A DNA stretch of 64,000 bases, taken from positions 992,001 through 1,056,000 of the forward strand of contig NW_027117339.1 of assembly GCF_038025025.1 (NCBI RefSeq), given 5' to 3'. This stretch comes from Phyllosticta citribraziliensis. Taxonomy: Eukaryota. The notes beneath the pieces are model-generated. The model saw only the letters and a list, made by a program, of their open reading frames with translations. It ran no database searches and had not been told where the DNA came from. The stretch's first letter is position 1. Each line of letters starts with the position of its first letter. The position numbers were made by a program, and so were the translations under genes. Below, piece by piece: positions 1 through 13,790 of this stretch.

Positions 1-272
1 AAGCCGGCAGACTCACGATCCGTGAACGAGGGAATGGCGGTTATGTAGAACATAGCGAATAGATGATTTGAGAAACCAGTTCGTGTATTGTGATGAAGTC
101 CAGATGACTGAGATAAGTTCGCGACGGGAGGTTCCCGTCGTGTTGGATCTGTCACGTGCACGCTATCCCTTTTTGGTATCCGACAGGTGGCCGGCATGGA
201 CCACCCGTGCTGCTCCAACTCCATAGTCCCTCAGCATCCAGCTCCCCAGCGAGAACACCACGCCAGCTTCCA

Positions 273-1196
273 ATGGCTCGATCGAGATCACAAATGTCGA
301 GCTTCAGCTCGCTGCTCGCTTTCCTCGCCCTGGCGGCTTGGATTGTCCCGGCAAAAGCTCTCTACCTCTACATGGAAGGAAATGGCCAAAAGTGCTTCTT
401 CGAGGATCTGCCCAGCGACACCATGGTTGTTGGTGAGTACGCCGCGCCCGGCTTGACATTCCTGCCTATTCTCCTCTTCCAAACATCTGTCAAGCCCGAG
501 AGATTGCGCGCTGCTACCTCGACGCGCCCAAGGTTACACCCAGCTAACCCGAAGCTTTCCAGGCCACTACAACATGGAGCACTGGGACCACACCGCACGC
601 GCCTACGCTCCTGACCCCAACATCCAAACGTACATCAGCGTGGAGGAGACTTTCGACAACGACCACCGGATCGTGTCGCAGCGCAGCGCGGCCAAGGGGC
701 GCTTCACCTTCTCGGCGGCCGACAGCGGCGAGCACCGCATCTGTCTGTCGCCCATCGGCGCTCAGGCTACGGCTGGAGGCGTGTTTGGTGGCCAGTCCGC
801 AGGCAGCATCCGCCTGACCATCGACATGGCGATTGGCGCCACCAGCCAGATTGAGAGCAACGACAAGGGCAAGATGCAGGATTTGCAGCAGAAGGTGCGC
901 GATTTGAACGCGCGGTTGCAGGATATTCGCCGCGAGCAGGTCTTCCAGAGGGTAAGTAGGGACACGACGTTCCGTCAAACACCCCTGGACAGCATATCGG
1001 AGGTTTGGAAGCTTTGAGGGGCTAACATAGCTGTGTTTGTCTCTAGGAACGCGAAGCTGAATTCAGAGATCAATCCGAGTCGACGAACGCCAAGGTCGTG
1101 CGCTGGACGCTGATCCAGGTCGCGGTGCTGGGCGTGACTTGCGCGTGGCAGCTGTCGCATCTGCGGGCCTTCTTCATCAAGCAGAAGCTTACTTAG
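273..1196 (+). CDS. p24/emp24-gp25L family cargo receptor (Erp1-like), 3 exons
   Basis: Signal peptide, then [18 protein letters not shown], a GOLD domain ([17 protein letters not shown]), coiled coil, [22 protein letters not shown] helix and FFIKQKLT tail. Exons 273-432, 563-951, 1047-1196 with GT-AG introns and GCTAAC branch points. Confidence 0.93.
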
Positions 1197-2512
1197 TTTG
1201 CCCATTTCTTGTCGGAGGGGTCAGACGAAGAATACGAGTTAATTCTGTTTCCACTATGGTCAGCGTAGTTGCGTTGACACTCGGACATCAATACCTAGCA
1301 TGCGTGGGGGCGTTGGAAGATGGATTCAAAATGACAAGGGATTCTGCTCTGCACTGACTGACTGTGTGAGAAGAGGCGTTATAAACTGTGCTCTGGTACT
1401 CTCCTCTGCGGTACACGTACGCGAATGAATGCTCCCAAAGCGCACGCGGACCTCATCCTGCCATTTCGCTGCTATTTCGCGGCGCAAGGGAAAGAAAAGA
1501 ACGCCGAAAGAGGGGAGCATTCGACGGCAGAGTAGCGAAAATCGACCTGGCTCAGGCGAAGAGTATCGAAGGACATCGTTGACGAACGAGGAGCATTCGA
1601 CCGCGTGACTGAACATCCAACATCGACCAGAGGCATAGATTACCCACACGTCTTGGATATTTGCTCTATCTTTTCGCGGGTTTCCATTCTGAAATTGAAG
1701 CCATCATCAATATACACTGACATGTCAAACTTTCAACAGGACTTCCAGCTATCTTCTCTACGTTTTAGGGATGTTTTTCAAGACAGATGACGACCTCTGT
1801 ATTGCATCAAGGCAGACAAACAAGGCAGAAATTGAATCTTCGCATCGACAAAAAAGATAGGCGTGGCGCAATGTCCCAGCGTCTCCCGTCGCGCTCAGCG
1901 GCAAGGCAGCACCTAGTGATTTACGCGCCGGCGGCCCGCGCCGCGCTGCCGCAACTCTCTGCAGCCAATCGCGACGGCTGAGGAAAGGGATCCTGTTTGG
2001 AGAAGAGGAGCAGAAAGTAGATAAGAGCCAGTCATTGATTTAAACCTGTCGGGGAGCCTCGGGGGCTGGGGTGGCGCGAGGAGAATGAGGTGCAAGCGGA
2101 AGTAGGATGATGAAATGCTGGCTTTTTGCAGACTCTGTAGAGCACAGACCCAAGGCGCAGCACATAGAGGCGGATGAGAGTCTTTTTACAGTCTAATAAA
2201 GGCTTCTTAGAGACTTGTTTGACAGAGACAGGGTGGTCAGGTCCCAGTGAGGCAGAAAAGACGAAGTGGGAGAGGCACGGGAACAGGCAGCGATGTCCGT
2301 TTGGCAAGTGGCTCAGACCAAAGTTGCGGCTATGTGACTGTCTGAAGCGGCTGAGGTTGAAGTGAAAGGACGAGGTGTTGGTGATTTAAAAGTACGTCTG
2401 GCACTTGTCTTCACCCGGCCGTCAACACCAACTCGTCAACCACCACATCCACCGCACCTCACGCACCCGACGATTCCCGCGACCACCACGTTCTCCCCGC
2501 TACTTTTGCAAC

Positions 2513-3572
2513 ATGTCCAGCATGGATGCGTCTTCTCTCCGCGTGGAATGGGGTTCCGTCACCATGAGCTCCGCTTCTGCTTCGCCCAAGCCCAGTCCTG
2601 AGGCCCTGAACGAGTATCCCGCAGAAGATTCTGCCGTGGTCGTCGGACGCATACTCTGGCTGCCACGGCTGGAGGAGCTGGAGAAGAATGCGGTCCAGCA
2701 AGTCCATCCAAGGGCCGAAATTGGGGCTGAGGCCTATGATCATCCAGTCGTCGTCTGTTCGCGGCCCTCCCGGACCAGAGTCCACTTCCACATCGTAAGT
2801 TTCCCGGTTCGGTGTCCAGTCTTCAGTCACCCGTAGTCAATGCCAGTCCGAGACTAACGCACAGCAGATCACCTCATTCCATGGCCGAAGCCTGGAGCAG
2901 AGGTTCGGCCGCCATCCCGCCAGCAAGGCAGACCAGAAGCGTCTCGCCTGGTACCTCCCAATCGCGCCATCCCAGTACCATCCACGATCTCTGCACAACG
3001 AGAACGGTCTCGGGAGCCCGCGCATCTCGCTCGAAAACGGCAAGAGGATGATGAGGAACTACTTCATCAATGTGCACACAGTCTACGCCATCAACCGCAA
3101 GTACCTTCGCCCGTACTACGGTCTGATCAACGGCGGGGCGACGGAGCATATCCTCGACCAGAATTCTGTCGAGGCGATGTCGGCTTGGAGCAAGAGGCTG
3201 ACGCAGTACTCGCCGGGTCCGCAATATCTCGTGCGACAGCAGCGCCCCACCTTGCTCCATCAACCTGTCGTGCCTAGAAGCCAGCGCGAGACCTGGCGGA
3301 AGACGAAGACTCAGGCTCCACCAGTCCCTCCCATCCAGCCAGCCCGCGCCGAGGTGGGCTCCGAGTGCCCGTTCTTAGTACTTTTGAAGGCTGCGAGCGA
3401 GTCGCCGAACACTGCTCGCCAGGCGTTGAGATCCGGACGTATTTCGCTGGGTCTAGCTCTCGGCGTGGTGGCAGCCATTGTTTGGCTCTTGGGCCTGCTG
3501 ATGATGTGCCTCCACATGATCTTCAAGCTCGCATACTGGGGAATCCGCGCTGCGGTTCGCGCGCTGGGATAG
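2513..3572 (+). CDS. Hypothetical protein with PemK/MazF-like motif order and C-terminal TM helix, 2 exons
   Basis: Exon 2513-2794, intron 2795-2867 (GTAAGT, ACTAAC, CAGCAG), exon 2868-3572 in frame with the 3048-3572 ORF. Motifs GRILWLP, HPVVVCS, ITSF, YLPIAP, YFINV; hydrophobic C-terminus. Confidence 0.75.
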
Positions 3573-3617
3573 AAGCACATCTTTCGAGCAAGATTTGTTC
3601 CGTGTTGCTCCTTGACT

Positions 3618-4751
3618 TCAACCGGCCGAAGAGTTATTATGAATCCACTTGAGGGCAAGAGCTGCGGGATGTGGCGGTGCGATTCCGGTCTCAGGAGCAT
3701 TGCCGTCGGAACTGCCATCGTTCGTGTACTTTTCTTCCAGATCATGGATCAGTTTGGCCCGCGAGTCCTCCGGTATCAGGTTTCTTGCGGCAAGCACAGT
3801 ACGAATGAAAGTCCAGATGGATTCATGCCGCCATCGAAAGTCGTAGACAAGCGCCAGGACATTTTCCATGATTTCGCCTATCAGATCCTCGTGGCCCCTT
3901 GCTTCTCGTCGACAGAACATGAACGACAAAAAAGCCCATCCAGAGGTGTCGCTCGGATTCTTCAAGCACCATTGGTGTGTTTCTTGCAGGAGCCTTGCGA
4001 ACTCGCTCTGATAGCCGCACTCGGGCTTGTCTCCCAGCCGCTCGGACAGAAGCTGAACGAATTTCCGCATAAAGTGCCAAGCATGGTAGTTCTTTGGATG
4101 GCTCGTAGTGGCATCCTTGACCTTTTCCCAATGCTGAGAAATCAGCCAGCGAGATACTGCAGTCTTTTCGTCGACGCTGGAGTCGCCTTCACAAGCATCG
4201 CCTGCAACATCCTGCGCCCAAGCTATTTCGATGTCCCAGTAGTTCCGGGCAATCCAGAGGCAATGGGACCACAGAGTCGGAGACTTGGTATGACGGAACA
4301 GGGGGGATGAGAATAGAGTAAATAGGAACATCAAGTCCTTTCTGACCAAGATCGCCAAGTCAGATTGCCCTGCAGTTCCTTCTCTTTGGGCGGCCAAAAG
4401 GTAGCGCTTCCGGTAGTTGGCTGCGGTTAGATGCTCAGGGTCAAACAAAAGCATGATGCGAGTGGCATCCATTGCCTGCAGTGCGGACGGTCCGGTCAGT
4501 GCATGTCTTGTCTCGAAAAAGACTTTGCGAGCGGCGAGAAAGGCGTTGAAAATAACCGCCTTGGGGATTCCGGCGGACCCTTCCTCTTCGTCTTCTAAGA
4601 GCAGAGAACCTTCTGGAGGAGATATTGCAGGCGGGAGGATCTCAATCTGAATAGTGCGGGATTCATATTTGTTGAACATGTCAACGAGCGCTCCATAGGC
4701 GCGCAATTGCATTGCTCCGCTGGTTTTGCCCGAGGATTTTGAAGAAGACAT
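3618..4751 (-). CDS. Protein prenyltransferase alpha-subunit repeat protein (PTAR1/Ecm9-like)
   Basis: Intronless ORF from ATG 4751 with LLFDPEHLTAANYRKR, HTKSPTLWSH, HPKNYHAWHFMR and NPSDTSGWAFL PPTA-type repeats. Confidence 0.88.
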   Translation of the reverse strand: MSSSKSSGKTSGAMQLRAYGALVDMFNKYESRTIQIEILPPAISPPEGSLLLEDEEEGSAGIPKAVIFNAFLAARKVFFETRHALTGPSALQAMDATRIMLLFDPEHLTAANYRKRYLLAAQREGTAGQSDLAILVRKDLMFLFTLFSSPLFRHTKSPTLWSHCLWIARNYWDIEIAWAQDVAGDACEGDSSVDEKTAVSRWLISQHWEKVKDATTSHPKNYHAWHFMRKFVQLLSERLGDKPECGYQSEFARLLQETHQWCLKNPSDTSGWAFLSFMFCRREARGHEDLIGEIMENVLALVYDFRWRHESIWTFIRTVLAARNLIPEDSRAKLIHDLEEKYTNDGSSDGNAPETGIAPPHPAALALKWIHNNSSAG

Positions 4752-5005
4752 GTCGGGCAGAGAGGGAAGAAGACGTCGAATCGGCGGTCCTCTTCTTGGG
4801 CTGGAGAGCAGCAGGGATAGCTCCAGTTCAGTGCTTTGGTTTGATGGACGGTCGACGACCAACAACGACGGGAAGAACGGAACCGACGTCAGCCCTGACC
4901 GTCCCCGCGGGTAACGCACGGACCAGGGGACCAGAAGCTGGAGACCAGATTTCCGCAGAAGACCATGGACTTGACAACATCACAGCTCGGAAACTCTCTG
5001 CCACC

Positions 5006-5845
5006 ATGGCATCCCTCCTTTTGGTTGTGTTTGTCCTCTCGCTCGTGATACACATCGTCAACACCCTCGGTGCGGCTACTATCAACGACCTGGTGAGTCC
5101 AGCGTCGCAAAACTACCTGGCGCTTCCCCCACGTCTCTTCCGCTGCCGCTGTCAGCGTCCCATCATCTTTCTTTCTATCCTTGGGATACGATACGATTCC
5201 GCATGCTGACTCTTCGTGTCTTTCCCACCACAGCTATGGCTTCTCTACAACAAGCTCCCGACACCAAACTCTCACGCCGCCCGCGACCAAGCGCGCCTCC
5301 GCAGCGAAGTCCTGCGCCTCAAGAAGGAAATGAACAGCGTGAGCGCGCAGGATGACTTTGCGCGCTGGGCCAAGATGCGGCGCGCTCACGACAAGGTGTA
5401 CGCCGAATACCAAAAGACGGGTACGCACATCAAGAGCAACCGCATTGCTTTGACCTCCGCGCTAACCTGCGCCCACGAACGAGCAGAATCGTCCCTCAAA
5501 TCCTCGCGCACCTCCTTCGACCGCGCCGTCTCGACGCTCCGCTTCCTCGGCACAAACGGGCTGCGCTTCGCCCTGCAGTTCTGGTACGCCAAGCAGGCCC
5601 TCTTCTGGATCCCGCAGGGCTGGGTTCCGCGCTACGTCGAGTGGATCCTGGCGTTCCCCAAGGCGCCCATGGGCAGCGTCAGCATCCAGATCTGGGGCAT
5701 CGCGTGTGCGAGCGTCGTCGGCATGGCGGGCGAGGCGCTGGCGGCGTTGTGGGTGCTGGCTATGAGGAGCAGGGTGCAGCAGAAGAAGGAAGGGCTGGAG
5801 AAGGAGAAGCCTTTGCCTGCGGAGGGCGAGAAGAAAGAGCTGTGA
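5006..5845 (+). CDS. GET1: GET complex subunit Get1 (WRB), 3 exons
   Basis: N-terminal TM, coiled coil with SAQDDFARWAKMRR, PKAPMGSVSIQIW. Introns 5093-5233 and 5421-5486. Ends EKKEL. Confidence 0.95.
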
Positions 5846-7821
5846 TGGACATGGGTCGGTAGTCAAAATGAATGAAGAGACGTCGATATTTCAAGAGTAC
5901 AGTCAGGGCCATGATCACGGGGCGAATAGGTCCCTCAGTGAACCCAAAACAGACGGCAAGTCTCCTGGGTAAAATGGCCAAAAAGCGAAGGATAATCGTT
6001 CAACAAGCCTCAAATCGTCCGGAATGACTTCAAGCTTCTACTGTCGTAGAAGAGACCTCGAAGGCGACATAAAAATATCCGTCGGGGATGCACTTCTGGC
6101 CTCTGACAGTCACAGGTCAATCAAGAGTGATGAAGAATGATTCAAATATCAGATTATAGCTCTATCTACACTACCGACGTAAATGAACATCACGCATGTC
6201 TCTCACAAGATGGACGCCGCTTCCTCATTACCGGGCGAGGTTCAGAAGCAGCAACACGACGTGAGCATTGGGCTTTTTTTTTGGAAACACCTCAATGTTG
6301 TTCGCTATAGGCGTTCTTTTTGAACTCGTGACCGTGGGAAAGTATAAGATCGCCGAGTCTTCGAAAGCGCCAAACCGTAGGGATAGGTTGGGGGGGATGG
6401 GGCTTGCCTTTGTGTTTTTGATATTTTGCGGACTGGGTTCTTGGATGGAGGCCATGTCTCCGCTTTGCTTACCTTGATACTGACTTTGTTGTGGTAGAGG
6501 TGCGAGTAGTACATAGCTACTGCTGCTGCCGGCGCCTCATTGACCAAAGAGAGCCAAAAATGAAGCCAATGTCGTGACGAGAGCGAATGGCCTTTTGCTT
6601 CCCAGTCCATCCGTCACGACTCTGTCGGCAGGTAGTCCGGCGCTCAGTGAACCGACGAGCGCTGCTGAACGCAAGACCAGTCTGGCGATGCAGCAGGGAC
6701 CTCGGTGGTTCGCAGAAGCCCATGACTCCAGTCTCTTGTTTCCGTCATCGATGCCATCAATCGATCGAGACCAGAAGCAGACTGGCGCATGTCGTCCATG
6801 TTTTGAAGGCCGACAGGCGATCCAAAGAGCCAGTGTCCGGATATGTCCCCATCATCGCGGTCCATCGTGTTGTTGACTTGTGGCAGCGGTCGTCATTCGA
6901 CGGCAGTGGGAGCGGCTCAATGTCCACTGTAGCCACATACCCAGCAGCATGAAAGCATCCTGATCAACGACGGGTGCCGACGGTCGTGTGCGAAATTTTG
7001 AGGTTGTCCATGTTGTGTTGTTGTGTTGTTGTTGGCAGGTAGTCGTTGCGCTTTCAGAGCAAGGACGGCAGACAAGAAAAAATAGTCGGCGGCGGGCCGT
7101 GCTCACCCACGCGAATCGCCGACTTGCCGACCTGTCGGATGCCCCCTGGGCCCTGGCCGACTCGACACGAACCAGGGCAACCAAGCAAGCCACCCGAGCC
7201 CGTGGCCATGGCCGGCGCCGACCGCGGCCCCGAGGCGCTCCGACCCGTTCCCACCCGACGCCCCCCCGCCGTTCGCCGCTCGGAGGCGACGCTGGTAGGT
7301 AGGGAGCACATCCCCTTCCGATGTCCTGGTGTTTTCTTTTTCGTGACATGGGGTTGGCTGGATGCTAGCTTCTGGCACTCAACTGTTACGCAAAGCGGGC
7401 CTCGAGCTCAACGGTTGGTAATGGAATGAAAAGGCCGGAAGAAGACGGGAAGCGTCAGGGGGCGAATTGGCCTACGGGGTTTCCTATTTGCCCCTGGCTC
7501 ACTTGAGAAGCTGAGCTGTGCGTTGCATCGCTCGCTCTCAGAAACAAATGGTCAGAATGTGGGGTAGTGATTTGTTCATCGTTAATGTTCATTTCATGTT
7601 CAAATCATGCTGGGATATATATACAAAAAAAAGCCCGCTTTTTGAAAGACCATCCAAATGTGGGAAATGCCGCCGTAAAACAAAAAAGTTGTCCTTTTTC
7701 TCATGAAGAAGTAGCCGCGGATGAGCTGGACGAGCCGGCGCAGGCTCACAACTCAACATCAGCCTGGAAGTCTAAGTGGTATCGTCAAAGTGGTTGGATT
7801 GGTTTGTAGACGACGTCCAAT

Positions 7822-9308
<1,487 letters not shown>

Positions 9309-9319
9309 TGTGGCGGGTT

Positions 9320-10100
9320 GGTGGGAGTGGAATCGAGTTGAGCGATGGATGTATTGAGGGCGGCCGGTGGCCAGAGAGAGGAAAGACGCGGTTGATATTT
9401 ATGAAGGCGGTAGCTTGAGCTCGGGACACGGAGGGCAGAGCTCAACCCTGCGTAGTCGCACGTCACAGGGCAGCCTTGGGCGCGTGGGTAGCGTGGGAGA
9501 GGATGCCGGGTCCGTCGATGATAGAGGGGAGCAGCAGCCGGCGGCGGGGTGGTGCCATTGGCTGGCGTGCATGCTGCCTTGGCCCAAGGCTCGATCAGGA
9601 CGGCTGGATCAGATGCGGGACGAGAGGGACAGCTTCGCCCAGCTCGAGCGTCGCAGATAAGGCAATGGGCGACGATTGGTCCCTGGAATTCTGCTGTTCA
9701 TTTCTGACCGTCATCGGCCGTCAGGACAGCCGTTTTGCGGAGGCTCTGTTTACGTTACACTTTGCTCGCTGCGTGTCGAGGCGCGCAACAGGAGCGGATC
9801 TCTCCCGGGCACAGGGGCTCGCTGCGACCGAACATCACGCGAGCCGCCACTGCAGAAAATTCTGCTAGGTACATGTAGGTATGCTCTGCCATGCCAGGCG
9901 ACGCCGTTGCATCTCCGCGCATCCATCCCCCAAGGTGCATCCAGCGCATCCCACGTCGTCCGTCGTCAACTTTTTTTTCCGTTCGCTTCCAGGATATAGA
10001 TCATCTCCAGCCAATGGATTGCCTGCCTCTATAGCCTCATTGGTCGTAGATTATCTCAACCCCTGTCGCTCCAGGGACCTTGCTTCACGCCACACTCCGG
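9320..10100 (-). promoter_or_regulatory. gdhA upstream region with TATA-like element and scattered GATA motifs (possible AreA/Nit2 sites)
   Basis: CATAAATA on the minus strand near 9396-9403; GATA motifs at about 9394, 9520, 9656, 9993 and 10052 (either strand). GATA is short and common, so function is inferred only from known nitrogen regulation of gdhA. Confidence 0.3.
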
Positions 10101-10184
10101 TAGCGGCCGCCAGTCGACCTGAGCCCGCCCAGCTTTCCTCCGCAACTCCTCCTCCGCAGCGCCCATCATGTCACCCCAATATCT

Positions 10185-11808
10185 TCATGCACAGTCCGTC
10201 GGATCCCAGTCTGCACTCGCAACCTTCTGTCAGCGCAATTACGCAAACCGCGGAAATGCCACCATCGATAGATAGGACTTGGAGCCGCGTCCACTGCCCT
10301 TCTCCCCGCTTGCCGACACCCGGCGTTGAACGGCATGACCTGTTCAATTTTTCGCCTTGCATGTCCAGCCTGTTGGAATATAGCCTTTGGCTGGCGGCAG
10401 CTTTGTTCGAGCCGCGAACACATGTCCGGGCCGCGTCCGGGGAGAGCGTGGGGGATCCTGGGGTGGTCCCCAATCATGGCACGGTCTCCAACTCTGTCCA
10501 TTTTTTTTGTTTTTTTGGCAGTGTCAAAGGGGCCGACATCACTCACCTGTCACCAGATACTCGTCCAAGCCATCGAGCTTCTCCATGTCCTTCTCGCTGA
10601 TTTCAAAGCCCCCAATGTCGGCGTTTTCGACAATACGCTCCCTTGAGACGCTCTTTGGCAGTGGAACGTAGCCATGCTGCAAACTCCAACGTACGAGCAG
10701 CTGCGCCGGAGTGCAATTGTACTTCTTTGAAAAGGAGACAATGGTTGGGTGTTTCATCCTCAGAGCGCGCACCAAGGGGGCGTACGCCTCGACAATGATG
10801 CCATTCTGCTGGCAGAACGAAGTAATGTCTGTCCGCGTGTTGAAAGGATGCACCTCAATCTTATTGACTGTCAGCAATGTCTCGCCCGGTAAAAACAGCC
10901 ACGGACCTACCTGGTTGACAGCAGGCCGAACCCGAGGGCTAGAGTCGAGCAGCTCCTGAAGGTGCTTGACGCCGTAGTTGCTCACACCCCCAGTCTTAAC
11001 CTCTCCGTCTTGAATGGCGTCCTCGACAGCTCTCCACGACTCGAGACGTGCCTTTTTGCCTCCGTAGGGGCTGTGCAACAGGAAAAGATCAATGTAGCCA
11101 AGGTCGCAAGCCTTGAGCGACTGCTTGATGGCCTTCCTCGCTGCGTCATAAGATCCATTGGACGCGAGCTTGGTGGTGAAGTGAATGTCCTCCCTCTTCA
11201 GAGCATCCTTGTTGTTAGCGCTTTGGAGGAAAGCTTTGATGGCTTGCCCACTCTCGCGCTCATTGTGGTACATTTGAGCCGAGTCGATACTTTTGACTCG
11301 GAACGGGCGTCATTATCGGTGCAAGTCTGGAATAGAACATGATGATTGGGGAGACGTACGCACGATAGCCGGCCTGGGAGTTCCATCAGCTGGGTGATAA
11401 TCAAAGAATGAGGCTGAGGTTTCGGGGGGCATGTGCGTCGTTTGGCGCACGTGGCCAAGCTCTTGTCCGAGGGTCCATTGAGGTGTGGGTGGGTAAGATG
11501 GAGGCGGACAATGTATTCTTGGAACCTCAGGCAGGGTTTGGCGAGCCACGGATGGCGCCAGGCGTGCTACGTGGTATCCGGGTACATGGGGCGGGTACTA
11601 AGTAGAGCAGTGGATTACCTCGAGCGCATATTGCACGGCGTTGAAGGTTTCTTTGCCCTGGGTCATGTAGACGCCCAGGTGGATCTGCGGCATGGTGAGG
11701 CCGTTGGCAAGCTGACGGGCAGGTGGTTAGCTGGAACAGACACGAGCGCCCAAGGCTGCGCGGCGAAAGGCAACAGACCTTGACGCGGGTTCCCAGTGAG
11801 AAGGCCAT
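10185..11808 (-). CDS. Aldo-keto reductase (2,5-DKG reductase / Yjr096w-like), 6 exons
   Basis: [59 protein letters not shown]. 14-nt microexon at 11360-11373. Terminal exon DWDPTDCA* (10185-10210) follows a 336-nt intron (10211-10546). Confidence 0.93.
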
Positions 11809-12330
11809 TGTGAGTGCAATGGGGGAAATTGAGGTTGATTTGGGCAAGAAGAGATGAAGTGAAGCAGTGGATGGCGGGGTAAGGGTGGAGGTCAGGGCAG
11901 GACAGGAACAGAGGGAAGCACCAGGCATCTGATGGAAAGTTAAGGCTCCTGGCGATGACGACACCGGCGACCCAATCCCGCGGGCACGGCGACGGGCGGG
12001 CGCCCGGGCACTGATCTCAGCTTACGGTGCAGGGCGATCTTCAATCAGTTGCGCCTTGCAGCTGAACTGCAACTGATGGACGTCTGCACTGAGGTGAAGC
12101 GCCCCATGCAAGTTGGATATTGCGATTCCAGTCGGCGTCGACATTTTTGTCAGAATGGGCCCGCTCTGTTGCCTGGGTGTTGTTGGTTCTACACGAGACA
12201 GCCACCCACTGCACTCAACACCATCCGACATGGCCGACGTTGGACTGGGTGGACTCCGCTGGACCGGACCAGGCTGTCTGGGCTGGGCTGACATGCACGG
12301 CATGGTGTCTTGCCGCAGCGCATTGCTGCC

Positions 12331-12360
12331 CTGCGCTGCGCTGCGCTGCGCTGCGCTGCG
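12331..12360. repeat. (CTGCG)6 microsatellite
   Basis: Six perfect CTGCG units read directly in the intergenic sequence. Confidence 0.95.
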
Positions 12361-13061
12361 CGTACATGGTCCCGACTGCTACAGCCTCATGTCGCGCGCC
12401 AAATTGAGAGGCTTGGAAAAAGGAACGCACCTCACGCCAACAGCTGGGCCCGTCCGTCGACATGGCCGCGGCGCTGCTGGCGGCTGTCGTGCCAGGGCAG
12501 GTTGGCTTCAGCTTCTTCGACCGCCCTTAGTCATGGCCAGCCCAGGGCCACACGACCCTGACGGTACGGGAGCAGCACACATCAGATGGCTTCACGCCGT
12601 GGTTCCCTGCTCCCGTCCGCTTCCAAAAGAAGCAATGCGTCTGCTGTCGGCGGCTGCTCTGCTCCAGCTCCTGTCGTCCTAGTCCTGGCGCGTCTGCTGC
12701 GCGTCCGCCGAAGCTTGCAATTTACATTGTCCAGACAGAAAAATAAATAACAAGAGGCCCAGCGCCAACACTTGCGCTAGCGAAGGCTGCCATCCATCCC
12801 CATCTCAACTGAGGTACTTCCTTGGATTTCATTCATCGCATCATTTCTCTTCTCCACCGCCTCGGCGCCCTGATGCCAGTCCACCTTGCTTAAGCTCCCG
12901 CTGCTCCCTGCTCCCCCAATCTACCGGCGCCTCCATCTCAATATTCTTCATTTCTGCCACCACGAGCTCTCTCCTCTGCTCCCTCCCGCCAGCCGTTGGG
13001 GCGCGCGACCCAGACGCCGGCTTCGTCGTTCCCATTGCGCCTCCTGACGCCGTGCCCGCCC

Positions 13062-13790
13062 ATGGCCTACCCCAACGTTTCCAACGGCTTTCCAAATGCC
13101 TCGTCCTCGCGCTCTGTTCCTTTTTCCAACTCTGGCCCGCCCTCCGAAGGCCCGCGAAGAGCCATGATTGGCGATCCGCAGTTCGACATATTCGAGTGGC
13201 ATCCGGCCTATCAGAGCTGCCAGCGCTACTTTCTCGACCACGCCCAGCATGACGGCTCCGTCCAGGCCGTCGCTGCCCTCGTCAACATTTGTCTCCCTTT
13301 CCAATGGTCTGCGAATCCAGTCATGGCCTCCATGAGCATTGCTCCTCCCGGCACCGGCCCGACAGCCTATCCCGCCGCTAGCTGGTCTAGACATGCGTCC
13401 GCCCACGCGCCGAGACCCGGCGCTCCCGCGTGGGTTTCTCTGGTGCCATTTATCCGCCGTCTTGTGGTTACTGGTTTTGACCGCGACGGCGTCCTCCACG
13501 GATTCTTCGGCGACGACTGGCGAAAGGGCATTGGCCCAATCCAGGAATGCGAGCGCCGCAACTATCTCTTCGCCGCTAAGAGCGTTGGCTGGGCCAAAGT
13601 CAAATACCAATATGACATGTCTCCCCACGAAACGGTACCTTTTATGAAGCCGCTCCAAAACGTTCAATTGGAAGAGATTGAGAGCGCCGAGAGAACCTGG
13701 AGCGAATGGCTAATGATGGAGGACTGGATGGTTGGCCCACGCGCCCCAGAGGCGATGGATGAGCCTGGGGATAACATTGCGCCGTTATGA
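13062..13790 (+). CDS. Conserved fungal hypothetical protein (often auto-annotated 'ilp is an apoptosis inhibitor')
   Basis: Intronless ORF with the family blocks FDIFEWHPAYQSCQRYFLDHAQH, LVPFIRRLVVTGFD, LHGFFGDDW and ERRNYLFAAKS. The function label is unvalidated. Confidence 0.85.
   Translation: MAYPNVSNGFPNASSSRSVPFSNSGPPSEGPRRAMIGDPQFDIFEWHPAYQSCQRYFLDHAQHDGSVQAVAALVNICLPFQWSANPVMASMSIAPPGTGPTAYPAASWSRHASAHAPRPGAPAWVSLVPFIRRLVVTGFDRDGVLHGFFGDDWRKGIGPIQECERRNYLFAAKSVGWAKVKYQYDMSPHETVPFMKPLQNVQLEEIESAERTWSEWLMMEDWMVGPRAPEAMDEPGDNIAPL

Noticed and set aside
3573..4310. Open frame continuing after the TAG at 3570-3572
   Set aside because: It lies antisense to PTAR1 and the stop context (TAG AAG) is not leaky; explained as a shadow ORF.
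6000..7450. Small gene or snoRNA host between GET1 and gdhA
   Set aside because: Isolated donor-like sites and a GTGATGA were seen, but no coherent ORF or properly placed C/D box pair.
11374..11618. TPP riboswitch or 41-nt poison exon in AKR intron 2
   Set aside because: A CTGAG is present but the CTGAT..TAAT..GCG half of the aptamer is absent, and there is no good branch point before the internal TAG.
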